Positions 48,213 to 57,289 of a DNA stretch of 64,000 nt are shown piece after piece. The notes beneath the pieces were generated by a model. The model was not told the DNA's origin and did not search any database. It saw only the letters and a list, made by a program, of their open reading frames with translations. Origin of the DNA: a virus. The stretch is taken from IMG/VR virus record IMGVR_UViG_3300030098_003955. The stretch is one strand, 5' to 3'. The position numbers and the translations under genes were made by a program. How positions within the stretch are numbered: the stretch's first letter is position 1; every line of letters starts with the position of its first letter.

Positions 48213-49249
48213 TATCGGATTCCTTTTTGTTCTTGTGCTATTCTTGTGCGAACATCCATGAAATCTAAATCATGAGCAGTCTTACCTTTTTCAGAAGCAA
48301 CCTTTATTGCTTTTTGTCTTTGAGCAATATTAAATCTTGACTGTTCTGAATTGAGGTCATAAATTTCTTCTATTTCCTCTTGGTTATCAGCCATGATGAA
48401 AATCTCATCAGAGTTTTTGACCTTGTCTGATAATCCATCATCTAAGGACTTGGTTTTTTTATCCTTGTCTCTTTTGCGGTTCTCTTGTATTAGCCAACCA
48501 TCAAAAGCATCATCGTCTTCAACTATTTCCTTGCTTGGACAATCAGGACTTTCTTGAACATTTTCATAAAGTTTAGACCATCCAACTACGCTTTTTTGTT
48601 CTTGAGTGAGCTCAATTATTGGCCTGTCGAAAATAGACGAGCCTTCCTTTGAGCTAGAAGCCCAAAGGCTTCTCCAAGGTTCCTCCCTCGATATCTTCCT
48701 AGCATCACTATCTGAAAGCATGTGTTTAGTAACGTGGTTTAGAACCGTGTTAATTCCCACTTCTTTCCAGTCGTAAGGCCGTCCATCCTCAAATGTGACA
48801 GTATTTTCTATTAACCAATTAAGCTTTGCGTATGTAGCTAAGCCTTCGCAGGTTACATAATTATACTGCATTTTTTCTTGCATCAATTCAGTGAATTGAT
48901 CTTCAAGATTTCTTAAATCCTGTCTATAGCCTTCTCTAACTGTAGTTTGTCGAAAGTTCTTAAATATCTTTATTTTAAGCTCTTCGACTTCATTAGGTAT
49001 TTGCTCTAAAGTTTCTTCCTTTTCTGAAGACCAAATACCTTCCGCTTTTAACAATTTAACAGATTCTTCTGAAGTCAAATTGTCTTTAACTAACGCATCT
49101 CGATACGCTTCCTTGTATACTACTTGAGACTTGTATAATTGCTGTAAGCTTGGATTGTGAATACGAAGTACCAAACCCTCTTTGACTTTGTATTCTTTGT
49201 ATCCAAGAAACAACTCATAAACAATTAAGTCTCTTTCGTATGCTTCCAT
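48212..49249 (-). CDS. Hypothetical protein, possible tail assembly chaperone
   Basis: 345-aa charged helical ORF directly after the tail tube gene. Confidence 0.65.
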   Translation of the reverse strand: MEAYERDLIVYELFLGYKEYKVKEGLVLRIHNPSLQQLYKSQVVYKEAYRDALVKDNLTSEESVKLLKAEGIWSSEKEETLEQIPNEVEELKIKIFKNFRQTTVREGYRQDLRNLEDQFTELMQEKMQYNYVTCEGLATYAKLNWLIENTVTFEDGRPYDWKEVGINTVLNHVTKHMLSDSDARKISREEPWRSLWASSSKEGSSIFDRPIIELTQEQKSVVGWSKLYENVQESPDCPSKEIVEDDDAFDGWLIQENRKRDKDKKTKSLDDGLSDKVKNSDEIFIMADNQEEIEEIYDLNSEQSRFNIAQRQKAIKVASEKGKTAHDLDFMDVRTRIAQEQKGIR

Positions 49250-49260
49250 CCCATAAGTCC

Positions 49261-49338
49261 AAAAAAGTCAGCATACCACTTGCCTATCTTCCACATGCTT
49301 TCCTTAAGCGATGGCTATCGCAGATTGCATATGCCGAC
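49261..49338 (-). terminator. Branched RNA structure ending in a U-tract after the tail tube gene (terminator/attenuator)
   Basis: Minus strand GTCGGCATA...TATGCTGAC-TTTTTT closes an internal GCGAT-AGCC-ATCGC hairpin and ATCT/AGAT, TGC/GCA pairings. Confidence 0.6.
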
Positions 49339-49346
49339 CAATATAT

Positions 49347-50513
49347 TTAGTTGAGGTAATCGCCTTGGCCATGACCACCACTAGCACTTACAACGCTAAG
49401 TTCGTTGAAGTTACGGTAAGAGAAAGTCATAGTTGAGTTTTCACCACCAGTTGTACCACCACCATAAGCAACGGAGGTAAGGGTATTATTGTCCCCTAAT
49501 CCGAATGTATGGTTGGCTGCACTATTACTGTCAGCTTTGTCTGGAGTGTTCTTAACCTGAAGCACAATAGATCTTGCGCCCGTGTTAATCTCATTAGTCA
49601 AAGCGTTGACGTCGGTTCCAGAAGCTAAAACTTCAACTTCGGTAGTGACTTCAAACGGAAGACTGACAAATCTCAGGAACGGGTCTTTTTGGCCTAGTAT
49701 GTTAATATTTTCTCGACCAAAATCAGCGCTTACAGAAATGTTTGTAATTCTTGCATTGCTACCAGTATCAGTGGCTACACCATACTTCTTGTTCGTGGTT
49801 ACAGCATCTACCCAGTTCGTTGACCTGATGCCACTAAGAGCACCCATGTTAACAAAGTGCTGTCTTCTCTTAACACCAGTATCTTTAGCAACAGTGCTAG
49901 ATCCGTCATTCTCATTAAGAACATCAGTAGCTCTGGCTCTTTTAGCCGCGTCTTTTGTTGGTAGATGCCTAATTGACTGGCCACTTTGTGTCTGATATAC
50001 AAATCTCTTGTTATTACCAACAAAGGTAATGGACTCGGTGAAGTTTCCGTCGGTTGGGAAAGAAAAAGAGGCAGAAGATACGTACATACCAGTGGCAACA
50101 ATGAATGTTCCCAAGGTTGTATTATCAACGTCGCCTAAGTTATTCTTGCCGTCGTTACCAACTTGGAAGACCAAAGTTTTCTTGTTGTTCTGAAGCTGAA
50201 TAACCCCACCGTGACCGCCCATACCTCTATTGTAAAGAAGGTCGTAGTCATCAATGGTCTTTTCTACAGTGATTTCGATATCTGGAACTTCTTCGTAGTC
50301 TTGGTACAAAGCAAGCTGACCAAGCTGGAAGATTTGTTCTAAGTTGAATGTAGTTGTAATACCGACACTCTGAACGCCCGGTACATACTCTGCTTTTTTA
50401 GCAGGTGTGTTCATGTCGGTGCGAGCATTGTCGTCGCTGTCTGTTCTAATTGCGCCGTCGTCCGCGACTCCAAGTGCGGTGATAGCCCAATATAGTCTAT
50501 TTGGGACTGCCAT
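49347..50513 (-). CDS. Major tail tube protein (putative)
   Basis: Lies between neck genes and chaperones/TMP; strong AAGGAG RBS and promoter motif; two related halves (VQSVGITTTFNLEQIFQLG...PDIEITVE / SVSADFGRENINILG...PFEVTTEVE). Confidence 0.75.
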   Translation of the reverse strand: MAVPNRLYWAITALGVADDGAIRTDSDDNARTDMNTPAKKAEYVPGVQSVGITTTFNLEQIFQLGQLALYQDYEEVPDIEITVEKTIDDYDLLYNRGMGGHGGVIQLQNNKKTLVFQVGNDGKNNLGDVDNTTLGTFIVATGMYVSSASFSFPTDGNFTESITFVGNNKRFVYQTQSGQSIRHLPTKDAAKRARATDVLNENDGSSTVAKDTGVKRRQHFVNMGALSGIRSTNWVDAVTTNKKYGVATDTGSNARITNISVSADFGRENINILGQKDPFLRFVSLPFEVTTEVEVLASGTDVNALTNEINTGARSIVLQVKNTPDKADSNSAANHTFGLGDNNTLTSVAYGGGTTGGENSTMTFSYRNFNELSVVSASGGHGQGDYLN

Positions 50514-50555
50514 TTTATGTTAAACTCCTTAAAAGTTGAGAATACTTTCCAAAGT

Positions 50556-50564
50556 ATTATACAC
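50556..50564 (-). promoter_or_regulatory. Putative late promoter motif GTGTATAAT
   Basis: Intergenic, about 45-50 nt upstream of the tail tube ATG; overlaps the inverted repeat AATACTTT-CC-AAAGTATT (50541-50558). Confidence 0.6.
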
Positions 50565-50569
50565 CAAAA

Positions 50570-51553
50570 TTAATTTATAACTTCCATAGTTACCCTTACC
50601 GTTCCATGGTAAAGGTTAGTAGATAATGGGTCTGAATTTGCCACTCTAGTGTTCGTAAATCTAGCAATACCACCCTCTACGCCGTTGTAAGCAAATCCTC
50701 CAACTCCACTTGGCCTTATTAAGGCTGGGTATGTCTTAGCATAAGCATTCACCATGCCCCTATAATCAATAGGAAATGCATTATTTTCGCCTATTGCATT
50801 TGTATCAAAAAGAACGATTGCCGCTTCTTCTTGGAAGGATATCATGTCTATGAGCTGATCTCTTTCATAATCTTCCTCAGCAAGAATATGAAATACTACG
50901 TCTAAGCCTAGTTCATGCTTTGAATTACCAAGCTCGTAGGGTTCAAATCTTCTGCTTCCAGCTATCTCTACGCCAACTGCTGGTAATTGGATTCTGTTTT
51001 CTCCAAGGATAGAATAGTCGCCAGAGCCAACCATTTGAAAATCTTCGTCTGCTCTTTGGGTTCTATATTGTATTTCCCTAAAAAACCTACTATTGGCTGG
51101 CACTACGTCTACATATTTATAACTGTACTCAGCGGTAACAGTGCTGCTGGTATCTATAGCAGAGTCAAAGACAACTCTACCATTATCATAGTCAATATGA
51201 TGGGAGTAAGAATCACTGCTAGTAATGGGCTTAAAAGCGCCATCGACATAAACTCCAGATATTCCGGGATTTGCTGGGGTCGTTGTAGTATTAGGTCTTT
51301 CAGGAGCAGATAATCCACTCTCCCATACCCAGTTTTTTCTAAAGCCTTCCCAAACCTGACCAGAGTCATATCTTGGATCGTCAACAAGTCTAAGTTGGTG
51401 CTTATCAGCACCATACCAGCCACTAGTAGGTATTTCTATATTCGTAAAGCCACCTGCATTCAAAAACTCCCAATCAAAAAATGAGACTAGGTTGTCTTGA
51501 AGTAAGGTGCTTAATGTAGGCTTACCAAATGTAGTTATTTTATTTAATACCAT
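50570..51553 (-). CDS. Putative tail completion/terminator protein
   Basis: IQLPAVGVE...DVVFHILAE...RDQLIDMI; includes IDYDNGRVVF...VTAEYSY; directly upstream of the tube gene. Confidence 0.65.
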   Translation of the reverse strand: MVLNKITTFGKPTLSTLLQDNLVSFFDWEFLNAGGFTNIEIPTSGWYGADKHQLRLVDDPRYDSGQVWEGFRKNWVWESGLSAPERPNTTTTPANPGISGVYVDGAFKPITSSDSYSHHIDYDNGRVVFDSAIDTSSTVTAEYSYKYVDVVPANSRFFREIQYRTQRADEDFQMVGSGDYSILGENRIQLPAVGVEIAGSRRFEPYELGNSKHELGLDVVFHILAEEDYERDQLIDMISFQEEAAIVLFDTNAIGENNAFPIDYRGMVNAYAKTYPALIRPSGVGGFAYNGVEGGIARFTNTRVANSDPLSTNLYHGTVRVTMEVIN

Positions 51554-51554
51554 A

Positions 51555-52229
51555 TTACTTCATGTATTTTTGTATTGACATTTTTACCAGCGCTAAGAAG
51601 CCACTTTCTCTCAAAGTTCTAGTAATAATGTTGTCAAATTGAGTACCAGATATTGAAGAAGGAACCTTCCAAACATTTATGCTGCCAGTTCTCATCATCT
51701 TACCCTGCCCAGATCTACCTCCAGCCATGGCGGTAAACTGGCCATCGGTTACTATGATAGCGTCACCTCTCATTAGTATCCAATTAAGCCAATCAAGCTC
51801 AACAACCTTCTTATAATACATTGAGTAGTATCTAATAACAGAATCTAGTCCAACAGAAGCAAAGATGTTAGTAAAGTCTTCTGGCTGCACATGAATTGAA
51901 AACCCTCCAGTAAAACTACGGTTTTTATATTTTAGAGGTGTATGTGTATACATCACGCTATTTGTGATGCCAGCTATTATTCCATTGACAGCACTTCTGG
52001 CCTTGGCGGGAGTTAATCCTAATTGACCTCTCAAATCATCTTGAAGGATATCTGCTATCTGACTTTTATTAAGATAAACAGCTGCCTGTTTTCTAATGTC
52101 AAGAATAGCCTTATTCGCCGCTACACCCATCCTTTTGTCTAGATCAGAAGCTATGGCTTTCCCTATCATCTTAGCAATTTGTGCTGGGGTCTCCTTAATA
52201 ATGATTTCTACATCAGCTATATTTGTCAC
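51555..52229 (-). CDS. Putative neck/tail component
   Basis: Position between head closure and terminator; LDWLNWILMRG motif. The GTG at 52229 overlapping the upstream TAG is preferred to 52250. Confidence 0.55.
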   Translation of the reverse strand: MTNIADVEIIIKETPAQIAKMIGKAIASDLDKRMGVAANKAILDIRKQAAVYLNKSQIADILQDDLRGQLGLTPAKARSAVNGIIAGITNSVMYTHTPLKYKNRSFTGGFSIHVQPEDFTNIFASVGLDSVIRYYSMYYKKVVELDWLNWILMRGDAIIVTDGQFTAMAGGRSGQGKMMRTGSINVWKVPSSISGTQFDNIITRTLRESGFLALVKMSIQKYMK

Positions 52230-52741
52230 TAGACTTGCTCCCAAAAACAAACGCCATACTGAGTGTTGTTTTGCTTAAAGCCTTGGACAAAAGGTTCAGT
52301 AGCTCGTTTATATCGACCACTGCCATACTTGCCTATATCTATTAATATTTCCTTTGCCTTCATAACATCAGGCATATCATCTAAGTAAAATATTGTTTGT
52401 ATATAGTTAGATGGTACGTTGACTTCAAAATTAGGCACTGCAAGAAAATCTCTTTGTCTATGATAAACCCTCATAGAAAAGTCTTCTGTTTGTGCTGTCC
52501 TTTTATTTCCGGCTCCTCCACATAGCGGGCACTGCATACCTCTCCCAAAAGGGATCGGTCCATTAGTTCTATAAACATGAATAGACCGACCACCAATGGT
52601 GTTAGTAATGCAATTACCGCATCTTTCCACTTTGTCTGCAAAGACCAAAGTAACTTTTCGATTGAAAAGCTTTACAGCATCATTGAAAATGTCAAAGACA
52701 CTTTGATGTATGCTAATTGAAGATTCACCTTTAAGAGCCAT
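52229..52741 (-). CDS. Putative head-closure protein with a zinc-finger insert
   Basis: CGNC...CPLCGGAG; position in the head-tail joining block. Confidence 0.6.
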   Translation of the reverse strand: MALKGESSISIHQSVFDIFNDAVKLFNRKVTLVFADKVERCGNCITNTIGGRSIHVYRTNGPIPFGRGMQCPLCGGAGNKRTAQTEDFSMRVYHRQRDFLAVPNFEVNVPSNYIQTIFYLDDMPDVMKAKEILIDIGKYGSGRYKRATEPFVQGFKQNNTQYGVCFWEQV

Positions 52742-52749
52742 AGGTCACC

Positions 52750-53550
52750 TTATATTGTTATTTCTAATTGAGCAGGAACATCTCCTGAGTCATCGTACAT
52801 TTCAACGTATATCATTTGATTGTTGCCTCCGGGCTGTTCAGCTTTTGAGTAGAATGCGATAACTATGCTATTGCCGGAAGACCATCCTGACCTATCCAGA
52901 ACCTCCTGAATTGCAGTTTTAATATCGGGAGAGCTTAAGACAGTTCCATTAGCTGCACTTCTAATTGTTCCATTTCCGGTATCTGTGTTGCTACCCCAAG
53001 CGATTTGTGCTGTGGTGTAATTACTGTGGTTGAGACCGGCTGCGGTTGTTGGAGCAGCCTGATTGTCTGCGTCATAAGCAGCTACATAGAAATCATAATC
53101 AGCTGAATTGCCTGAAAACCCTCTCTTATTTATCTTAAAGTACGCACTCTGAACAGTAGCTCCTTGCTCTGCAACGATATTATTGAATCTAAAGTATGCT
53201 GCATAGTAATCATTAGTACCCTCGTCATCCTGCACACCAACGTATTCTTTAGTCTGATTATTCCTGAATCCTGTATTGTACGTTGAAACAGTACTAGAAC
53301 TAGTAGACCTAGCTGCTCTACCATCGTCTGCACCAGCAGCTATGGTATAAGTAGTAGTAGTTTGTAATCCATCTGAATCACCTCTATAAAAACGAGGATT
53401 ATCAAATCTTCCATCCATGTCATAACCTGTGGAAGAGTCTAATATACGAGGAGATAAGGTTTCAATAATACCTCCTTTAGTCACATAAGGTATCGCATTT
53501 CCGTTTTTAACGTCGTTTGCAGATATAGCTTTTGTTACTGGATTAGCCAT
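52750..53550 (-). CDS. Virion protein: MANPVTKAIS anchor module plus DNRLRE-like beta-sandwich domain
   Basis: N-terminus shared with 54031-54384 and 54395-54610; AYFRFNNI...QGATVQSAYF...SPDIKTAIQEVLDR.GW...PAQLEITI. Confidence 0.75.
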   Translation of the reverse strand: MANPVTKAISANDVKNGNAIPYVTKGGIIETLSPRILDSSTGYDMDGRFDNPRFYRGDSDGLQTTTTYTIAAGADDGRAARSTSSSTVSTYNTGFRNNQTKEYVGVQDDEGTNDYYAAYFRFNNIVAEQGATVQSAYFKINKRGFSGNSADYDFYVAAYDADNQAAPTTAAGLNHSNYTTAQIAWGSNTDTGNGTIRSAANGTVLSSPDIKTAIQEVLDRSGWSSGNSIVIAFYSKAEQPGGNNQMIYVEMYDDSGDVPAQLEITI

Positions 53551-53560
53551 TATTCACCTA

Positions 53561-54028
53561 TTATGAATGTGTTATCACTAATTGGTTAACATTTCTAGTT
53601 CCGTCACTTGCATTGGTCGTACTGCTCATGCCGTGTACTTTTCTATATTCATCGCTTGTAAGACTAGCTACAGGTTCACGAATAATAATTCCGATTGCAT
53701 TTCCAGAACTCCATCCAGTTCTATCTACAATTTCCTGTATGATCGTTTTTATATCGGGACTTGTTTTGTAGTACTTGCCTGAGTCTTGAGATCCTTCAGA
53801 TGGAATGTTCCAACTGACAGTAGCCGTTGTTTCAGTACCATGAGCGGCATATGTATTGTCGGTGGGTGCATCAAAATCATCAACGTCTACAGCAGCTATT
53901 AAGAAGTTAACGTCTTCTCCACCCTCCCAATTCAATTTTATGTACGCACTGTCTATAGTCGCTCCTTGTGGAACAACAACATTTTGAAACCTAAAATAAG
54001 CTTTGTAGTATCTATATCTATGTGACAT
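53561..54028 (-). CDS. DNRLRE-like domain; C-terminal half of a split paralogue of 52750-53550
   Basis: YYKAYFRFQNVVVPQGATIDSAYIKLN...SPDIKTIIQEIVDRTGWSSGNAIGI aligns with the C-half of the 266-aa protein. Confidence 0.7.
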   Translation of the reverse strand: MSHRYRYYKAYFRFQNVVVPQGATIDSAYIKLNWEGGEDVNFLIAAVDVDDFDAPTDNTYAAHGTETTATVSWNIPSEGSQDSGKYYKTSPDIKTIIQEIVDRTGWSSGNAIGIIIREPVASLTSDEYRKVHGMSSTTNASDGTRNVNQLVITHS

Positions 54029-54030
54029 CG

Positions 54031-54384
54031 TTAATTCCTCTCAAACCCAACTTTCCATTCGGCAGTACTCCTCGTTGGACTCCCATAATTATTGCTGGAA
54101 CCGGGATCATGACTAGCGTCTGTACTACTAGACAACCAATAACCATTGTCTTGGGTGTCCCACACAACACAAGTGATAGTGGTCGGACCTCCTGCCCCAT
54201 CAGTGCTTGAATCTCCACTGTAATATCTTAGATCATCAAACCTTCCATCTAAATCTTTTCCTGTAGATGAATCTAGTATAGGAGGAGCAACTGTTTCAAT
54301 TGTTCCTGCTTTGCTTACATGTGCTACAAAATTTCCGTTTTTGACATCATTTGAAGATATCGCTTTTGTTACTGGATTAGCCAT
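54031..54384 (-). CDS. Anchor-module protein; N-terminal half of the split paralogue
   Basis: MANPVTKAISSNDVKNG...DGRFDDLRYYSGD is near-identical in pattern to the start of the 266-aa protein. Confidence 0.75.
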   Translation of the reverse strand: MANPVTKAISSNDVKNGNFVAHVSKAGTIETVAPPILDSSTGKDLDGRFDDLRYYSGDSSTDGAGGPTTITCVVWDTQDNGYWLSSSTDASHDPGSSNNYGSPTRSTAEWKVGFERN

Positions 54385-54394
54385 TATTCACCTA

Positions 54395-54610
54395 TTAAGT
54401 GGCTGCGTCGCCTGTATAGTATCTAGCATCGTCAAATCTATCAGAAAGGTTGGCGTTTAACTGAGCTGGCTCACCTTTCTTGTTAATACCCATGCCAGAA
54501 TCCTCTGGATTAATCTCATGAGTATTACCAAACTTATCTACTCCAGTCACTACAGAACCATTATTTTCAACAGTGATTGAAGAATGAGCATTTGTTACCG
54601 CGTTAGGCAT
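54395..54610 (-). CDS. Stand-alone 71-aa anchor-module protein
   Basis: MPNAVTNA.SS..V.NNG...DRFDDARYYTGD; GGAG RBS. Confidence 0.75.
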   Translation of the reverse strand: MPNAVTNAHSSITVENNGSVVTGVDKFGNTHEINPEDSGMGINKKGEPAQLNANLSDRFDDARYYTGDAAT

Positions 54611-54622
54611 TTTTATTCTCCA

Positions 54623-56443
54623 TTAAAATGAGCTTAAAGTAATTCGTTTCCAAGTGTTAGATGCAGTACAAACGTACAAATAACTTGTATCCCAAGCAAT
54701 GTGTCCAACAGAACAAGGACTAGAAGCTAAAGGCGTTCTTGTCTGCGATATGATTACACCACTAGAAGTAGTGAGCGAACCATGAAATGTACTGGCGTCT
54801 GAATAAACATTAAATTGATTTATATTCGTGTTGTCAGTGTCAAATCTATTGACTGCTAGCTTTGCTCCAGTATCTGCGGCGGTTGTACCAGCTTGAATGT
54901 AAGCAGAGTCATTTGTGCTACGAGAGCCAAGCAGTCTTAATGCTGAGTTTCCAGCACCACCAACAGGCGTACCAATTAATACAGCAGAGTCGTCCCCATA
55001 AACATGAAGTCTATTAGTACCGATAGAGTTGCCAGCATAAGGTGCGGCTGTGTTCAATCCAACGTTACCGTGCCTATTTATGGTAAGATTTGAAGGGTTA
55101 AGAGATCCTGAGTTATTGATCTTTAGGACATCTGTAGATGCCTTATAGCCAATAGCAGACCAGAGTCCTATTTCTGCATTTCCGCTACCTTCTGTCTTCG
55201 CTCCGATATAAATTGCAGCGCCGTCATTGGTTGCATTTTCTACAGTAGACTGTACTGCACTTCCGCTGTTATAAACATGGAAGTTGTACGCAGGAGTCCA
55301 GTGACTATCTGGAGCTCCAGAAGTGGCCACACCTACATAACCAGTAGAAGCGTCGAGCACCAACTGGTTATCTTGCTCGTACTGCTTTTTAGTAGTAATC
55401 GCAAGTCTTTTATTATTGTTGTGCCATTTGAATTTGGCCCATTTAGTTTGGTAAGAAGCTCCAGCACCAGAACCAATAATGAGCTGTGAAGGACCACCAT
55501 TGTGACCAACGACAACACTAGTTCCTACGCCACTTGGCGTGAAAGTGCCAAGATTACTACCAATAACAACAGTATCCTCTGGTCTAGCAGAGGTAGCTAA
55601 AGATATATGGCCTCCACTGTCTAAAACAAAAGAAGCGTCTGTGTTGTTGGTGACTTTATCTCTATTTGAGTCTGTCCCAATGTAGAAATAACCAGTGCCA
55701 CTTCCCGGAGAAAACACACCAAGACCAAAACCAACTCGATATTGGTCATAGCTGTAGTCCGTTCCATATTTAAGAAGATTTAAGAAGGGTCTTTCAGTAC
55801 CACCAGTTTTTTGTTCATATCTTAAAGAGGAGTCCAATCCTCGTATGTGAAACTTCTCTTCAGGGTTGGTAATACCAAAGCCAAATTTGTCATCTTTAGT
55901 AATTACAAACTTATGTGTATAGCTTGAGTCATTGTTTTTCCAATGGCCTAAAGAAAAGCCTTGGCCACTAGGGTAAGCTATGTTGTTATGACCATCTAAT
56001 AAAAGATTCACGCCAGAGCCATGAATAGATCTGACATATGCTCCATACCTATTACCACTACCAAGGACTTCCAAAGATCCGTGATTGTCTATTATCACAG
56101 ACTTGCGAGGTCTTCCATCTTCGGCTGTTAGAAAATGTATCTCTCCATCGTCTTTGTTTGAAGTGTCGTCACCAGTGACAAACCTTACTTCGGCTACGTG
56201 CTTAGTATCCCACTGACCAAATATAGAACCGATCTTCTTACCAGCTCCAGTTACTGAGTTGTCCCTAATATCTATGTCATTCTTGAAATAGACATCGGAA
56301 CCACTAGCCATGATTGGTATGATAGAGTCCGCAACATTTTTCATGTTCTCACGAATGTTCGCTGCGGTAATCGAGCCAACAGTATTATCTGGTAGCTCGC
56401 TATCAATTAAGCTTTTTAGTGCAGGGTTGGTATACTCAGCCAT
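54623..56443 (-). CDS. Fibre-like virion protein
   Basis: Repeats of the GNVG[IL]xT..P...LHV type (KFGFGITNPEEKFHI, GYVGVAT, GNVGLNTAAP...RLHV); C-terminal GHIAWDTSYLYVCTASNTWKR. Confidence 0.75.
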   Translation of the reverse strand: MAEYTNPALKSLIDSELPDNTVGSITAANIRENMKNVADSIIPIMASGSDVYFKNDIDIRDNSVTGAGKKIGSIFGQWDTKHVAEVRFVTGDDTSNKDDGEIHFLTAEDGRPRKSVIIDNHGSLEVLGSGNRYGAYVRSIHGSGVNLLLDGHNNIAYPSGQGFSLGHWKNNDSSYTHKFVITKDDKFGFGITNPEEKFHIRGLDSSLRYEQKTGGTERPFLNLLKYGTDYSYDQYRVGFGLGVFSPGSGTGYFYIGTDSNRDKVTNNTDASFVLDSGGHISLATSARPEDTVVIGSNLGTFTPSGVGTSVVVGHNGGPSQLIIGSGAGASYQTKWAKFKWHNNNKRLAITTKKQYEQDNQLVLDASTGYVGVATSGAPDSHWTPAYNFHVYNSGSAVQSTVENATNDGAAIYIGAKTEGSGNAEIGLWSAIGYKASTDVLKINNSGSLNPSNLTINRHGNVGLNTAAPYAGNSIGTNRLHVYGDDSAVLIGTPVGGAGNSALRLLGSRSTNDSAYIQAGTTAADTGAKLAVNRFDTDNTNINQFNVYSDASTFHGSLTTSSGVIISQTRTPLASSPCSVGHIAWDTSYLYVCTASNTWKRITLSSF

Positions 56444-56961
56444 TATTCAAAATATCCCCATCTGTTGTCTAAGCGTTGTCTGGCTATACTGTCTGAACCC
56501 GGAGAGTAAGGGCCAAGTATTGCTTTCCCGACAATTCCGTTGAGTTTGTATTGTGTTTTGGTATCTTCGTACTTCTTACAAAGATCCGTGTATAAGATAT
56601 TCAGTCCTTGAACAATGCCTCTGGTGTCAATTGCGGAAGGGCCATCTTTGAGAGATATTGCACTTAGCGCATTTGTTTTCATTTCGCTACCAAGTAACAA
56701 GCATCCAGTCTTCAAAGACACTAGGCTTATAAACCCATCATCTTTGCCGTCACTTCCGGTGCTTGCTGTAGGGTCTGGTGTAAGTGTCAAAGAGTCAACA
56801 TCTACAGTGTAAGAACTTTCAAAGTCTACTTCATGCAGTACTAGTTGGGAAGACACGAGTATGCTTTCTTCTATTCTACTATCAGTAAAGGTGTAAGAAC
56901 TAGAATCTAGATCATTGATTAAGTGACGAACTATGATCGTCATTTCATTTTGCCAGCTCAT
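56443..56961 (-). CDS. Putative head-tail adaptor/connector
   Basis: IVRHLINDLD...YTFTDSRI N-terminus typical of adaptor proteins; position. Confidence 0.65.
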   Translation of the reverse strand: MSWQNEMTIIVRHLINDLDSSSYTFTDSRIEESILVSSQLVLHEVDFESSYTVDVDSLTLTPDPTASTGSDGKDDGFISLVSLKTGCLLLGSEMKTNALSAISLKDGPSAIDTRGIVQGLNILYTDLCKKYEDTKTQYKLNGIVGKAILGPYSPGSDSIARQRLDNRWGYFE

Positions 56962-56971
56962 CTAGTACTCC

Positions 56972-57289
56972 TTATATGTTTCTGTAAACTTTGAATGTGT
57001 GAACGTCCGTAAAAAAAGTACCGTCTGTGATCTGAACCTTGCCTTGTAGCTTATATGTACCAGACTCATCTAAGTCATTTGCTACTGTTGTGTATTCCAT
57101 AACTCCATCAGTGCCGTCAGTTGTAAAAGATGCATTCTTCTCTAACTTATCACCAGATGGTTTTTTGATAATTACCTGCTTAGTACCAGCCGACACAGCG
57201 CTAGATATATTAACGGCACTACTACCGTCTTTTACTGTCAGCTTAAATTTAGTGCCGATATCATTTTCATGTATTTCGTTAGCTGCCAT
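56972..57289 (-). CDS. BppU N-terminal-like (Ig-like) virion protein
   Basis: DIGTKFKLTVKDG...VNIS...IKKPSG...DG.MEY....DLDESGTYKLQ...F.V. Confidence 0.7.
   Translation of the reverse strand: MAANEIHENDIGTKFKLTVKDGSSAVNISSAVSAGTKQVIIKKPSGDKLEKNASFTTDGTDGVMEYTTVANDLDESGTYKLQGKVQITDGTFFTDVHTFKVYRNI

Larger units (their letters stand above)
53528..54397. repeat. 36-bp exact direct repeat (53528-53563 and 54362-54397) spanning stop, RBS and start codons of the paralogous genes
   Basis: GCTTTTGTTACTGGATTAGCCATTATTCACCTATTA occurs twice. Confidence 0.92.

Noticed and set aside
54018-54218. 66-aa alternative-frame ORF across the split-gene junction
   Set aside because: It shows no similarity to the paralogue; the homologous sequence lies in the other two frames.
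52750-54610. Diversity-generating retroelement (TR/VR pair)
   Set aside because: The repeats are at gene starts, no adenine-specific mismatch pattern was noticed, and there is no reverse transcriptase in the window.
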